IMG/VR virus record: IMGVR_UViG_3300049489_000444
Location: 1 to 64,000 of that record
DNA: 64,000 bases
From: a virus
Direction: 5' to 3' (one strand)
Shown piece after piece: positions 28,201 to 37,755 of the stretch. The notes under the pieces are model-generated. The model saw nothing but the letters and a program-made list of their open reading frames with translations, made no database searches and was not told the DNA's origin. The position numbers were made by a program, and so were the translations under genes. How positions within the stretch are numbered: position 1 is the first letter of the stretch; every line of letters starts with the position of its first letter.

Positions 28201-31200
28201 TCAGCCGCCGAAATCGTTTGAGTTAACCGAGTATAAACCGAAAATTCTCTTGATTTCGTTCTTCAGCCAGAACGCAAACAGGATGTGATACAGCGTTGGA
28301 TCGCTGGTATCGCGGAATACGATGACATCCTTGGACGGATCGATCGGACGCTCGCTACCGTCAGCCTTCTGGTAGCGTCCAATGAGGCCACGACCCAGAA
28401 GGGTTGCCAGCATCTGAACCAAGAAGCCACGAACCAAACCGACACCGGCCTCCGCGCTCGGAACAATGAGTCCAATCAGTTTGGAATCCAGTTCCTGCCT
28501 GACCTGCTTCACGACGTACATCTTCTGCGTCATGTTGTTGATCAGGTTGAAGTCTGGCGCGAAGGTGTCCGTGGTGACGTCCTCTTCGATACGGAAGACG
28601 CCGCCGCCCTGGTCGGTGAAGAAGATGATGTTGTTCGAGCCGAGCGCCAAGTTATTCGGGCTCTCGCTGTCACCGTAGGTCTGGACCGACTTGAAGCCTG
28701 GAAGGCTCTTGCGCAACACGGTGTCAGCCGGGTCAGCGAAACTCGCCACAAGGGCAGCAAGGGCTCCCGCCACGAATGAACCATCCAACGTGACCTCAGT
28801 GACCACGTTGTTCTCCAGCTTGAGATCGCGTGTGCAGGACGTGGCGCCAACCAACACACGGGTCCCGTGCGCTGGGTTTGCTCCGTATACCTGTAGGGTA
28901 CGACGGCTGAGGGCGATGAGGGTGTTGGCCTCTTCCTCGCTGCCGATGGCGGTCCCAATAGGGGCACCTACCCACGTCATGCGGAAACGACGCTTGAACG
29001 GGTCAGCCATCTTGTTGACCGACTCAAGCTGCTTGGACAGCGTCGAGAAGTGACTCAGCACCACAATGTCGCTGATGTTCCGCGGCGCCTCAGAAGCCGC
29101 GATACCGTCGGCGAAATCGACGTCTGAATAGACGCCGTCACCGTCAGCATCCTTGACCTGAACGATATAGATGGCCGGACAAGCCACATCGCCCATGGCG
29201 ATCTCGTTCATGATGTACAGGTGATTCGTCACCTCAGCCGGGGCGAGCAGCTTACGGCCATCGTCGAGCGAACGAATCAGGATGGGCTGGTTGTACAGTT
29301 CATCCGGGCGAACGTGCTTCGAGGTGACGTAATAGATCTGACCGGGAGCCGGCTCAGCGCCCTTGTAGATGTACTGTACCCGGACATCCACGGTCGGCTT
29401 TCCGCCGAGGAACACCAGATACTGCGTGGGGTCGCCGCTGGAGGTTGTGACCAGCGAGTACGAGAGCGGAAGACCGCTCACGGCTTCGGTCACCGACAAC
29501 ACGCCGTCAGTTTCCGGGACGTTGGCCAGAATCACGTACGGGGTCGCGGCCGCTCCGGTGATCACCCCGAGAACATCCGTCAGAATGGAACCCTTCGCGA
29601 TGGTCTCAGTGGTCTTGCTGACCAGCGACCAGTTGATGGTTCCGTTCATAGTGGCCGAGAACGTGAACTTATTGCCGGCCACGTGACGGTTACCGCTGCG
29701 GAGGATCGTGAACGACGCACCAGCGACTGCCGGAGAAAACGCCGGAGCAGTCGTCAGGGCAGTCGCTGACGTGATAGCGGAAACCCTCACGGTCTGACCG
29801 CTGGCGGTGATGTAATCACCCACGGCAAGTTGAGTATCGAATTCCGTACCAGAACCGGTAACTGCGGTACCGGTGTTGGAGATAGTTCCTGTGCCGACCA
29901 CGGTACCGACCGTCGGACCGCCGTGCATGTTACGAACGGCACAGTTGATGTTGCCGTTCATGATGAACCAGCCGTGCTTCCACGAAGCGCTCGACGGAGC
30001 GTACGAGTTATCCTCGGGAGCAGGCGTCACAATCCCGAAGCCGCCCTCTGGTGTGTTCGTGGTGTACGAGAGCGTAACGGCGCCGGAACCAACACCAGGG
30101 TTGGTGGCTGCGTCCGTGGTCAGCGTGACCGCCCGGTCGTCCTTCATCTGGTAGAACTGGCGCGGTGCCAACACCTTGAAGGAGAACGTGTCACCAACAA
30201 TGAACGGACCGCTCTGCAGATCAAGAGTCAGCACGATGCCATTGGACAGCGCCATCGTCGGATTCGCAGGCATCGTTGGAGCCTGCACGAACGAGTATGC
30301 GCTCGTGCCGGAGACCCCGATACGCTCACCGTATTCGGCCCAGGCCAACGTACCGCTGAGGGTCCCGTTAACGCCGAGGACCGTCTTACCCATCGGGGCA
30401 GACACCTCGATGATATCAGCGCCGGGTTGGGTGCCGCTGACCGTCGATGACGTGGTGCCAGTGAATGGCGTAGTCAAGGTCAGTGCGGTTTCCGATGACA
30501 CGGACGCCACAACATAGACGTGCGTGAGTTGGTTGGAGAATTTGACTCGCGAACCGGCAACCAATCCGTCCGCCAAGAACGTGGTGCCAGTACCGGTAAC
30601 GCTGGTGCTATTGGCTGTAACGGAGATGTTCGCGCCACCAGTCAATACGCTGGCCGTCACAGCAGAGCCAGTGTATGCCGGTGAGACCGTGAAGCTTGTA
30701 GCAGCTAGTGCCGAGTCAACCGTGTAGATGCTGTTCGGCTGCGTTGAAAACTTAATCTTGGAGCCAACCTTCAACTCGGAACTGAGTGTGGTTCCAACGC
30801 CAGCAGAGACGCTTGCGCCAGCGATATCGACCGTACCAGTAACCAGAGGTGTCGCGATGCTGGTGTTGAGCCCGACAGTTGTGACCGTGAACGGGCACGA
30901 CGCTGTCGCGTTAACGGCAGCCTCGACCTGAGCCAACGTGCTGACGAGATTTCCAAGGTTGTCAGTAGCCAAGGTGACCGTGACAACCTTACCGCTGACA
31001 GACACAGAGAGTGGGCTGTTCGGTACGCCTGGGTTAACGAGACCGATCGTTGAATCGCCAGGACCGCCAACGGAATCGTCGTTGTATGCGGTACCGCCAA
31101 CTTTGGCAGTATAGACGAAACCAACACCAGAGCGCAGCACCTGAACGGTAGCCTTGGTCGAGCTATCAGCCGCAGCAACACAGGACACCTTGTAGCTGGC

Positions 31201-32310
31201 ATTCCAAGTGTTGTTTGGCTCAGACGTTCCGGCGTACGATAGTGCCGCATAACCAGTACCAGCGCTCTTGGTGATGGCGCCCTGCTCGTAGTACTGGTTG
31301 GTGTTGGCGTGACGTTCGTCGACCTCAATCAGGGCCGGACCCTGACCGTTGAGGGTGAACACGTCGCCGGGCGCGAAGTTGGACGCACCGCCGCCACCCC
31401 AATCGAGGTCCATCTCAAGCCCAAGTTCAAGAGCCTGCGTGGCGGAGGCTGGTGTGGCCTCACTGAATACGAAACTGGGCTTCGATACTGAAGGATCAAG
31501 AGGCGTATTGGGTAGGTTGTTGTTACCTGAACTGGTTGCCTGCGCGGTCCATTCGAACGTCGCCGTACGGGTCGGTGACGTCCCACCAGCCGCCACACAC
31601 CGCAGCGTGTAGAAGCGGTTGTAGTCGTGGTTGAATGCAGACGCCGAGCTATGCACCACCGTGCCGTTTCCGGTGTTACCAGCATCAGCGGCGATAGCCG
31701 TCACCGCACGCAACTTAGACTGTGCGTCATTTCCTGTGTCGGCGGCCATCTTGTCGCTGAGTACGCCACCCACGACAGAGCCAATGGTGAAGTCGCCGAA
31801 GAAGTGCGTGTACTCTTCGTAATCGTTCGCATCAGGACCGTTACCGACGGCCATGAACTCACGAATCTCAGCAACCGGGAACGGATCGAGCACGTTACGG
31901 TCGATGGACTGATATGAGATGAGGTACGTGGTGACGTTGTCGAATACCTCGGTGGAGATCTGGACGGAATCATACTTCCCAGTGTTGAGGTTCTTCAGGA
32001 ACTGCCACTGGTTCTGTTTGACCTCAGTCCCGTCGGCCTTCACGATGCGAGACACGCTCTTGTCGTTGGCGGCCGCGAACGGCAACAGCGCCGTGTAAGG
32101 AGGCAGCGGGGAGAACGTAAGCTCGGCGTCATAGACGAACGATCGACGAAGCTGCTGATTCTTCGCCACCGCGAAACGCGAACCAACCCCGATATAGCCA
32201 GGGATGCGTGTGTCGGGCGTGACCGCGGGTGCCGGGACAATCAATTGTCCAATGTAGGCGCCGGCCGTCGTGTACCTCGTAGTTACCAGAGTGGGATAGT
32301 TCGTCGCCAT
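28201..32310 (-). CDS. Contractile tail sheath protein with multiple inserted domains
   Basis: N-terminal GAYIGQ...GYIGVG; C-terminal LDGSFVAGALAA, VRQELDSKLIG, DPTLYHILFAF sheath core; AGGAG RBS. Confidence 0.85.
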   Translation of the reverse strand: MATNYPTLVTTRYTTAGAYIGQLIVPAPAVTPDTRIPGYIGVGSRFAVAKNQQLRRSFVYDAELTFSPLPPYTALLPFAAANDKSVSRIVKADGTEVKQNQWQFLKNLNTGKYDSVQISTEVFDNVTTYLISYQSIDRNVLDPFPVAEIREFMAVGNGPDANDYEEYTHFFGDFTIGSVVGGVLSDKMAADTGNDAQSKLRAVTAIAADAGNTGNGTVVHSSASAFNHDYNRFYTLRCVAAGGTSPTRTATFEWTAQATSSGNNNLPNTPLDPSVSKPSFVFSEATPASATQALELGLEMDLDWGGGGASNFAPGDVFTLNGQGPALIEVDERHANTNQYYEQGAITKSAGTGYAALSYAGTSEPNNTWNASYKVSCVAAADSSTKATVQVLRSGVGFVYTAKVGGTAYNDDSVGGPGDSTIGLVNPGVPNSPLSVSVSGKVVTVTLATDNLGNLVSTLAQVEAAVNATASCPFTVTTVGLNTSIATPLVTGTVDIAGASVSAGVGTTLSSELKVGSKIKFSTQPNSIYTVDSALAATSFTVSPAYTGSAVTASVLTGGANISVTANSTSVTGTGTTFLADGLVAGSRVKFSNQLTHVYVVASVSSETALTLTTPFTGTTSSTVSGTQPGADIIEVSAPMGKTVLGVNGTLSGTLAWAEYGERIGVSGTSAYSFVQAPTMPANPTMALSNGIVLTLDLQSGPFIVGDTFSFKVLAPRQFYQMKDDRAVTLTTDAATNPGVGSGAVTLSYTTNTPEGGFGIVTPAPEDNSYAPSSASWKHGWFIMNGNINCAVRNMHGGPTVGTVVGTGTISNTGTAVTGSGTEFDTQLAVGDYITASGQTVRVSAITSATALTTAPAFSPAVAGASFTILRSGNRHVAGNKFTFSATMNGTINWSLVSKTTETIAKGSILTDVLGVITGAAATPYVILANVPETDGVLSVTEAVSGLPLSYSLVTTSSGDPTQYLVFLGGKPTVDVRVQYIYKGAEPAPGQIYYVTSKHVRPDELYNQPILIRSLDDGRKLLAPAEVTNHLYIMNEIAMGDVACPAIYIVQVKDADGDGVYSDVDFADGIAASEAPRNISDIVVLSHFSTLSKQLESVNKMADPFKRRFRMTWVGAPIGTAIGSEEEANTLIALSRRTLQVYGANPAHGTRVLVGATSCTRDLKLENNVVTEVTLDGSFVAGALAALVASFADPADTVLRKSLPGFKSVQTYGDSESPNNLALGSNNIIFFTDQGGGVFRIEEDVTTDTFAPDFNLINNMTQKMYVVKQVRQELDSKLIGLIVPSAEAGVGLVRGFLVQMLATLLGRGLIGRYQKADGSERPIDPSKDVIVFRDTSDPTLYHILFAFWLKNEIKRIFGLYSVNSNDFGG

Positions 32311-32443
32311 CGCAGTCTCCTACTACCTTTGGGTTCAGATCAAGTAAGTTCATCCAAAAGGTAGCGCCGGGCGCTTTGGGTATTCGATTGGCAATCACCA
32401 AACCAAACGACCCAAGCCTTCAGGATCAAACATAAGGGCCGAA

Positions 32444-33451
32444 TCAAAATGTCACCACAACCGGGTGGGTCAGTACGACCTTCCTGGCCCACGGGACCGG
32501 AGCGGTCTCTTGTCGTTGTGTTGTATCGAGAATGAAAATGTCGAATGAACCTGTCCGGTGCGGGGTAACCATGAGGGAGTCTGGGTCGAGGGACGCGATA
32601 CGTCCGTCCGAGAGCGCCAATCTATGCTGGTCACCCATGCGGGCAGGTACAATCATGAACGGCCCGTCGCTCAGTTTGACCGTGCTGGGTGCATCCAACG
32701 TAGGCCGGTAGGTCAGGCTGAGGTCTGGATCGTTGACCACCGCGCCATCCAAGATGGTCCTTGGAATCGGACGCTCGATTACGAACATATCTTCGGCCTG
32801 AAGTTCCATCTCGATGGTGGAGGCCCAGATTTGATCTTTTGGGTCGTCGGCCACGTTTGAAGGCTGATTGATGGTACTGTTGAAGTTCAACGGAACACGA
32901 ACCTCCCAGTACTCGTGAGGTTTCCCGGACGTCATTCGGGAGCCGCCGGCCTCGACACGTAGCTGCTTGCAGAAAATGCTGATGAGGTTCTGCAGCATCG
33001 AGCATGATTCTGGATCTTGAGTCACGCAGGCCACGACAACATTGATGCGGGCCGCAATACGGTACCATCCCTGCCAATTGCCGTTGATTGCCGAGACGCG
33101 TTCCAGACCACCACCCAGACCGGGTTCCTCCCAGATGAGCCCGGCATCGATAATCATGATCGCAGGTAGGCGTTGCCGGATTTCGTTGAACATCCGTGCA
33201 AGCTGCGTGGGCTTCTTGTTGGGGTCCGGGTTGTCCTGTAGGGACTTATCCGTGACGTACTGCAGGGCAGCCGTGCTGATGGCTTTGGTATAGTTTCGGT
33301 TGAATCCGGTCGTGTCTAGGAACGACGCGATATAGGCTTGAAGGGCGTTTTTCGCTACTGAAACGATGCGGTCATGCGAATCTAGGCTGACCGCCTCGGC
33401 GACGGAACGTACCTTCGGGCGGTTAACGAATCCGCTTGGTGGGGCAGCCAT
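32444..33451 (-). CDS. Putative tail completion/terminator protein
   Basis: Immediately upstream of the sheath; RLPAIMI motif; C-terminal Ig-like segment. Confidence 0.55.
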   Translation of the reverse strand: MAAPPSGFVNRPKVRSVAEAVSLDSHDRIVSVAKNALQAYIASFLDTTGFNRNYTKAISTAALQYVTDKSLQDNPDPNKKPTQLARMFNEIRQRLPAIMIIDAGLIWEEPGLGGGLERVSAINGNWQGWYRIAARINVVVACVTQDPESCSMLQNLISIFCKQLRVEAGGSRMTSGKPHEYWEVRVPLNFNSTINQPSNVADDPKDQIWASTIEMELQAEDMFVIERPIPRTILDGAVVNDPDLSLTYRPTLDAPSTVKLSDGPFMIVPARMGDQHRLALSDGRIASLDPDSLMVTPHRTGSFDIFILDTTQRQETAPVPWARKVVLTHPVVVTF

Positions 33452-33657
33452 GCCCACCAAATAGGGTCATAACCGCTGCAGGACCCGTTGAGCGGCGCCG
33501 AGTAGCTCTTCGTCGGTCTGGTGGTCCCTGCCGGGGATGCGCAGCCCACGGTCGGTTATCAGGCAGAACACCTGCAGGGCCGCAACGATCGCATCACGAT
33601 CCTCAACGGAACGCACTACGTCTGTGGGTAGCGTGAATTCCTGTCCTGTCGGGACGA

Positions 33658-34263
33658 CTACGCGATTCTTCTGGATGTTTGTGTCGTGGGTGCGTTTATT
33701 ATGGATGACCCTGGTTCCCATGCGTCGCCTCGTAGTTCGCGGTACGCCGCGCAATATGCCATGTATTGGTGCATAGCGGATTTTATGTCAGACAGTGCAC
33801 GATGTTTACCGTCTTTGGGTTGCTCTTGGTGGAGTCCAAGATGTTCGGTAAAGATCGATATAGACGAAACATCAAGATGACGATGATGCAGAAATGATTC
33901 TAGCTCTGGCATATGTGACTTGAGGAATGAACGGTCGAAATGAACCGACCTACCAGCCAAAACAACTTCGCGCGGCTTGGCCCACATACGGAGCATCGCC
34001 ATCAGTGACGATTTGACGTCCGCCAGGGACAGCCCTCGCTCGCTGATTTCATGAATCAGCCCGTTTTGTCTGTGTTGCTCTACCGCCCAGATCGACCATC
34101 CGTTGTCGTTGATTGGTCTGACCACGTAGGATATCTCTTTATGGATGTCGAGATTATCGTTGGTCAGTATGGCGGCGACCTCAACGATCGAACAAGACTG
34201 AGGGTCGAGCCCTGTGGTCTCAAGATCGAGCCATAGGAGTTTCTTCGGGTTGCCGTTCATCAC
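33658..34263 (-). CDS. orn: Oligoribonuclease-like DEDDh exonuclease
   Basis: WLDLETTGLDP, LAGRSVHFDRSFL, HRHLDVSSI, HRALSDI. Confidence 0.9.
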   Translation of the reverse strand: MMNGNPKKLLWLDLETTGLDPQSCSIVEVAAILTNDNLDIHKEISYVVRPINDNGWSIWAVEQHRQNGLIHEISERGLSLADVKSSLMAMLRMWAKPREVVLAGRSVHFDRSFLKSHMPELESFLHHRHLDVSSISIFTEHLGLHQEQPKDGKHRALSDIKSAMHQYMAYCAAYRELRGDAWEPGSSIINAPTTQTSRRIA

Positions 34264-34580
34264 TTTTCCTCATCGTCACTCATAGCCTTGATCGCGTTGA
34301 GGAGGCCGGTCATAGCCTTGGTGTTCTTTCCCATGCGCTTGATTCGATTACGCAACTTACCGTAGAGCTTACCGACTTCTTGATCGAGACGCACCGCGGC
34401 GTCTTCCTGTGTGATTCGCTGCTCCTGAAGGTCTTCGTTAATTTGTCCTGTTTGGGTATTGATTCCCATGATGCACTCAGCCGCATCCTCAGCCCAGTGC
34501 GTGATCTCTTCTGACGCCTGTCCGACGATCGAAACAACCTTCTCCATCTTCGCATCGACCAACCTGAGTTTCTTAGTCAC
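34260..34580 (-). CDS. Hypothetical coiled-coil protein
   Basis: GGAGG RBS, 106 aa. Confidence 0.55.
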   Translation of the reverse strand: MTKKLRLVDAKMEKVVSIVGQASEEITHWAEDAAECIMGINTQTGQINEDLQEQRITQEDAAVRLDQEVGKLYGKLRNRIKRMGKNTKAMTGLLNAIKAMSDDEEK

Positions 34581-34611
34581 TACGTCCTCCTGGGTGTGTT
34601 GGTCGTTTACA

Positions 34612-34986
34612 TCATTGCGGGGTCTCCGGTCCAGAGACAGAGAATGTCGGCCTCAGCTTCTCTACTCGCTGTTGTTCGGCCTCTCGCTCTTCAAAACGCT
34701 GCTGAACATTCTCAACGGCCTTACGCCTAATAGAGGCGGAGACATCGGTCTCAACTTCGAACATGATGTGGCCTGGATCGACCTCGCATAACACGATGCG
34801 TCGAAGGCGGGCGTTGTAGTTCTGGTGCAATTCGGTACCGAGTTCTTGACCAAAACGCCCAACGATCTCAAGATACCTCAAACGGTCATCCGTGCTGGTT
34901 TGTTTGTGGTCGTACTCTCCAACAACGTAGACGGTTTTATTGCGGCCTAACGAGAAACTCACCTGTAGTGACGACTTGTCATCCAT
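34612..34986 (-). CDS. Hypothetical protein
   Basis: GAGG RBS, 124 aa. Confidence 0.55.
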   Translation of the reverse strand: MDDKSSLQVSFSLGRNKTVYVVGEYDHKQTSTDDRLRYLEIVGRFGQELGTELHQNYNARLRRIVLCEVDPGHIMFEVETDVSASIRRKAVENVQQRFEEREAEQQRVEKLRPTFSVSGPETPQ

Positions 34987-34989
34987 AGA

Positions 34990-35232
34990 TCACCTCGAGC
35001 AGGACCCAGATACCACATAGGTTTCTTGTGCCCCGGCTTGTGGGAATATACGGATTACGGCGTCCTTGCAGGACCGAACGATAACCACACACCAACGAGC
35101 CTCCGCGGCTGTCTGGACCTCTCTGGCGGTAATATCGGCGTCTTTTTGGTCTGCAGTCAGGCAGGCCGTATATGAGATCGGCACTAATGGTCTCGTTGGT
35201 GCGGTCAGCACCAACCACAACAAGATACTCAT
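34990..35232 (-). CDS. Small hypothetical protein, possible signal peptide
   Basis: Hydrophobic N-terminus; overlaps the gyrA stop. Confidence 0.4.
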   Translation of the reverse strand: MSILLWLVLTAPTRPLVPISYTACLTADQKDADITAREVQTAAEARWCVVIVRSCKDAVIRIFPQAGAQETYVVSGSCSR

Positions 35233-37358
35233 CCGATACTCAGTATCTTGCTGATCTTCCTAGACCCGGTCGTGTTGGCGATAGTCCTGGCTGACGCGAC
35301 AGCTTTTTGATTGTCATCCCATTCAACATAGCAGCGACCGGATGCCGCTACTTCCGGGTTTGGTTCATTCATGGCCCCGAACTGCAGCTTCTGTTTCTGC
35401 ACGGTTAGTACTGAGTCTACCGTGGGCGCGGCCAGTATCTCGGTGGCACCGTACTTGTATTTCGGAAGAAGCTTCCATCCGCTACTGTTGACGCGGGTGG
35501 TTGGCAGTTTGTCTGGCTTGTGCGCGTAGACGGCCTTCTTGTTCCACGCAAACAGGCAATCAGTATCGCGCATACCAAGCGCCCGCACTGCTTTCTCTTG
35601 GGTCTTCAGTGCTTGGTATTTGTCCTTGATCAGCGTACCGGCGTCAAGCACGATACCTTCTCCGGTCTCGTCCATGACCGCGATACGACGAGCAGCGCTG
35701 CTCACGATACCGGCGATCTCACCGAAGCTCTTAGGTTTTCCGACGACAAGTGATGCCGTATCGGTCCGCAACATCTGACCGCTTGCCAGTACAACCCAGA
35801 AGAACGGACCTGTCTGGATGAGTTGGTCCCAGCCCTTCATGGAACCTCGGCGTTGTTCGGGAGATTCGTCCAGCCGGAGGACCTTACCATCACGGGAACA
35901 GGCCACCCAGGTCTGCACCTCGTCCATCGACGGAAGTTCCAGCTTTGGTCGCTTCTGGCCAAGTAGTGTCTTACGGGTATCATCACCAGCGCCCTTGACG
36001 GCCTCGCGTAGTTTTTCCGCGACCACTTTGCGGACCTGCTGCAGTTTGCGTTCCTCGGTCTGTTTGCGCTTCTTGAGATCGACCAACTCCCTATCCAGGG
36101 CCGGAACCTGCAGGCGCGCCAGAGATCGGAGTGGTGTGTCGAGGATGATATTGGCCATCTCCGTGGTGATCTTGAAGGCCGACATGATGGCCTGATTGGG
36201 GTCCTCCGAGTCAGTCAGTATTTGAGCAATCTTTTTGAGATTGATTGCCGCTATCTTCTTGGCCTCGACACGCATGATCTGATGGTCTATGGAGACGATC
36301 TGCGCCTTGATTATCTGTTTCTCGTTTTTGATTCTGAATGACACCCAGCGCCCAAGTATCTCGGACAGCCCGAGTTGGCTGGTCACGGCGCCATCAGGCT
36401 TTGATTCGTTTACAAAAAATCGATACGAGACACTGGTCTCCAGCAATGGAAGCACGTGGTCGTGCACGAACCTCGGGTTGCTGAAGCAGACCACGATCCT
36501 CGTGCCGTCCTTCTTTGAAGACTTGTTGGTGACGCTCTGGATGTTTCCAGCTTCACGGAACTTCTCACAGGTCTCGACGAACTTCGACATGTTGAAGCGT
36601 GGCGCGTACGAAGTGATGATGAGTTGGTTGCCGTCGTAGTGGTACTGACAACGAAAGCTCAGTTGCCCCTCACCAGCCCCGTACAGAGCACGAACCTGTT
36701 CCGGCGTACTGAGTAGAACTCCTGACCCGTAGTCTGGACCACGGATATGCTCGAGCAGCACGTCCAGGCCCGGAGACTCGTCGGCCTCCAAAATGGCGCA
36801 GCACGCCCCAACAACCTCAGTGAGGTTGTGCGGCGGAACCTCTGACGCGATACCGACCGCGATACCGGAGCAACCATTCAGCAGCAGGAATGGAAGCTCA
36901 GCCGCAAAAACGACCGGTTCTTTGTATCGGTCATCAAAGTTCGGCTGCGTCTCGATGATGGAGTCGTCCTGGCCGATCATACGGCCAGAGAGCCTATGCA
37001 GGCGAGCTTCGGTGTAGCGGTAGGCCGCCGCTGGGTCACCGTCTACTGAGCCGAAGTTTCCCTTACCCTCGACAAGCGGGTAACGGCATGTCGCGAGCCC
37101 GACAAGGGCATCGTATACGCTTGTATCACCATGCGGGTGGTACCGCGCCAGCACCGTCCCAACTGTGTTGGCGCTCTTCGTGAAGTCTTTCCCGTGGTGG
37201 AGTCCTAGTTGGTGCATCGCCCATAGGATGCGACGCTGTACTGGCTTGAGGCCATCACGGTAGTCAGCAACAGCCCTGTTCCCGACGACATACTGCCCAT
37301 AAAGACTGTAGGCGCTATGAGCATACTGCTGAGCTAGTGTCGACGAGCTACGGCTCAT
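35229..37358 (-). CDS. gyrA: Type IIA topoisomerase subunit A (GyrA/ParC-like)
   Basis: DGLKPVQRRILWAM, YHPHGD, AAAYRYTEARL catalytic Tyr, LLNGCSGIAVG; QRRGSMKG in the C-terminal domain. Confidence 0.93.
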   Translation of the reverse strand: MSRSSSTLAQQYAHSAYSLYGQYVVGNRAVADYRDGLKPVQRRILWAMHQLGLHHGKDFTKSANTVGTVLARYHPHGDTSVYDALVGLATCRYPLVEGKGNFGSVDGDPAAAYRYTEARLHRLSGRMIGQDDSIIETQPNFDDRYKEPVVFAAELPFLLLNGCSGIAVGIASEVPPHNLTEVVGACCAILEADESPGLDVLLEHIRGPDYGSGVLLSTPEQVRALYGAGEGQLSFRCQYHYDGNQLIITSYAPRFNMSKFVETCEKFREAGNIQSVTNKSSKKDGTRIVVCFSNPRFVHDHVLPLLETSVSYRFFVNESKPDGAVTSQLGLSEILGRWVSFRIKNEKQIIKAQIVSIDHQIMRVEAKKIAAINLKKIAQILTDSEDPNQAIMSAFKITTEMANIILDTPLRSLARLQVPALDRELVDLKKRKQTEERKLQQVRKVVAEKLREAVKGAGDDTRKTLLGQKRPKLELPSMDEVQTWVACSRDGKVLRLDESPEQRRGSMKGWDQLIQTGPFFWVVLASGQMLRTDTASLVVGKPKSFGEIAGIVSSAARRIAVMDETGEGIVLDAGTLIKDKYQALKTQEKAVRALGMRDTDCLFAWNKKAVYAHKPDKLPTTRVNSSGWKLLPKYKYGATEILAAPTVDSVLTVQKQKLQFGAMNEPNPEVAASGRCYVEWDDNQKAVASARTIANTTGSRKISKILSIG

Positions 37359-37555
37359 TTTCCGCCCTCGAGCCATCCCTGTGAACCATCAGCACTGATA
37401 AGCTCCTGTTCTTCGTCGGAGAGGTCCCACCAGAGCTTCTCCATGCGGTCGAGCACCGAGTTGACGATGGGTGACGACAATCCGTGGCCCTTCTTACCGA
37501 GGTCAGTAAGTTCGGCTTGGAGCTTCCTGTACTGGGTCAATGCGTTTTCCATCAT
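37355..37555 (-). CDS. Small hypothetical protein
   Basis: GGAG RBS; stop overlaps the gyrA start. Confidence 0.5.
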   Translation of the reverse strand: MMENALTQYRKLQAELTDLGKKGHGLSSPIVNSVLDRMEKLWWDLSDEEQELISADGSQGWLEGGK

Positions 37556-37569
37556 GGTCTCCAGATATG

Positions 37570-37610
37570 CGAAATGCGTGGCAGGCCCGAAGACTCTGCC
37601 ACGCATTTCG
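37570..37610 (-). terminator. Strong hairpin (15-bp perfect stem, cUUCGg loop on the minus strand)
   Basis: CGAAATGCGTGGCAG / CTGCCACGCATTTCG. No U-tract, so it may be a stabilising or processing stem rather than a terminator. Confidence 0.55.
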
Positions 37611-37626
37611 TCGAACGGCCGAAGTC

Positions 37627-37695
37627 TCAGCCCTTCTTGGACTTCTTGGTGATCTTCGCGGTAGCCTTCTTGGTGGTCTTCTTCTTGGCAGCCAT
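37627..37695 (-). CDS. 22-aa Lys-rich peptide MAAKKKTTKKATAKITKKSKKG
   Basis: AAAGGA RBS, ATG..TGA, AAG codon bias; below the ORF-track length cutoff. Confidence 0.6.
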   Translation of the reverse strand: MAAKKKTTKKATAKITKKSKKG

Positions 37696-37755
37696 CTTCG
37701 TTCCTTTGTTGGGCTGAGCGGTATGCCCGAGCCATCGATGGTCAGTTTACGCCGG

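Noticed and set aside
28201-33451. Extracellular contractile injection system or tailocin locus in a bacterial chromosome
   Set aside because: Interspersed phage-type polymerase, ThyX, sigma factor, a frameshifted chaperone and dense small ORFs indicate a phage genome.
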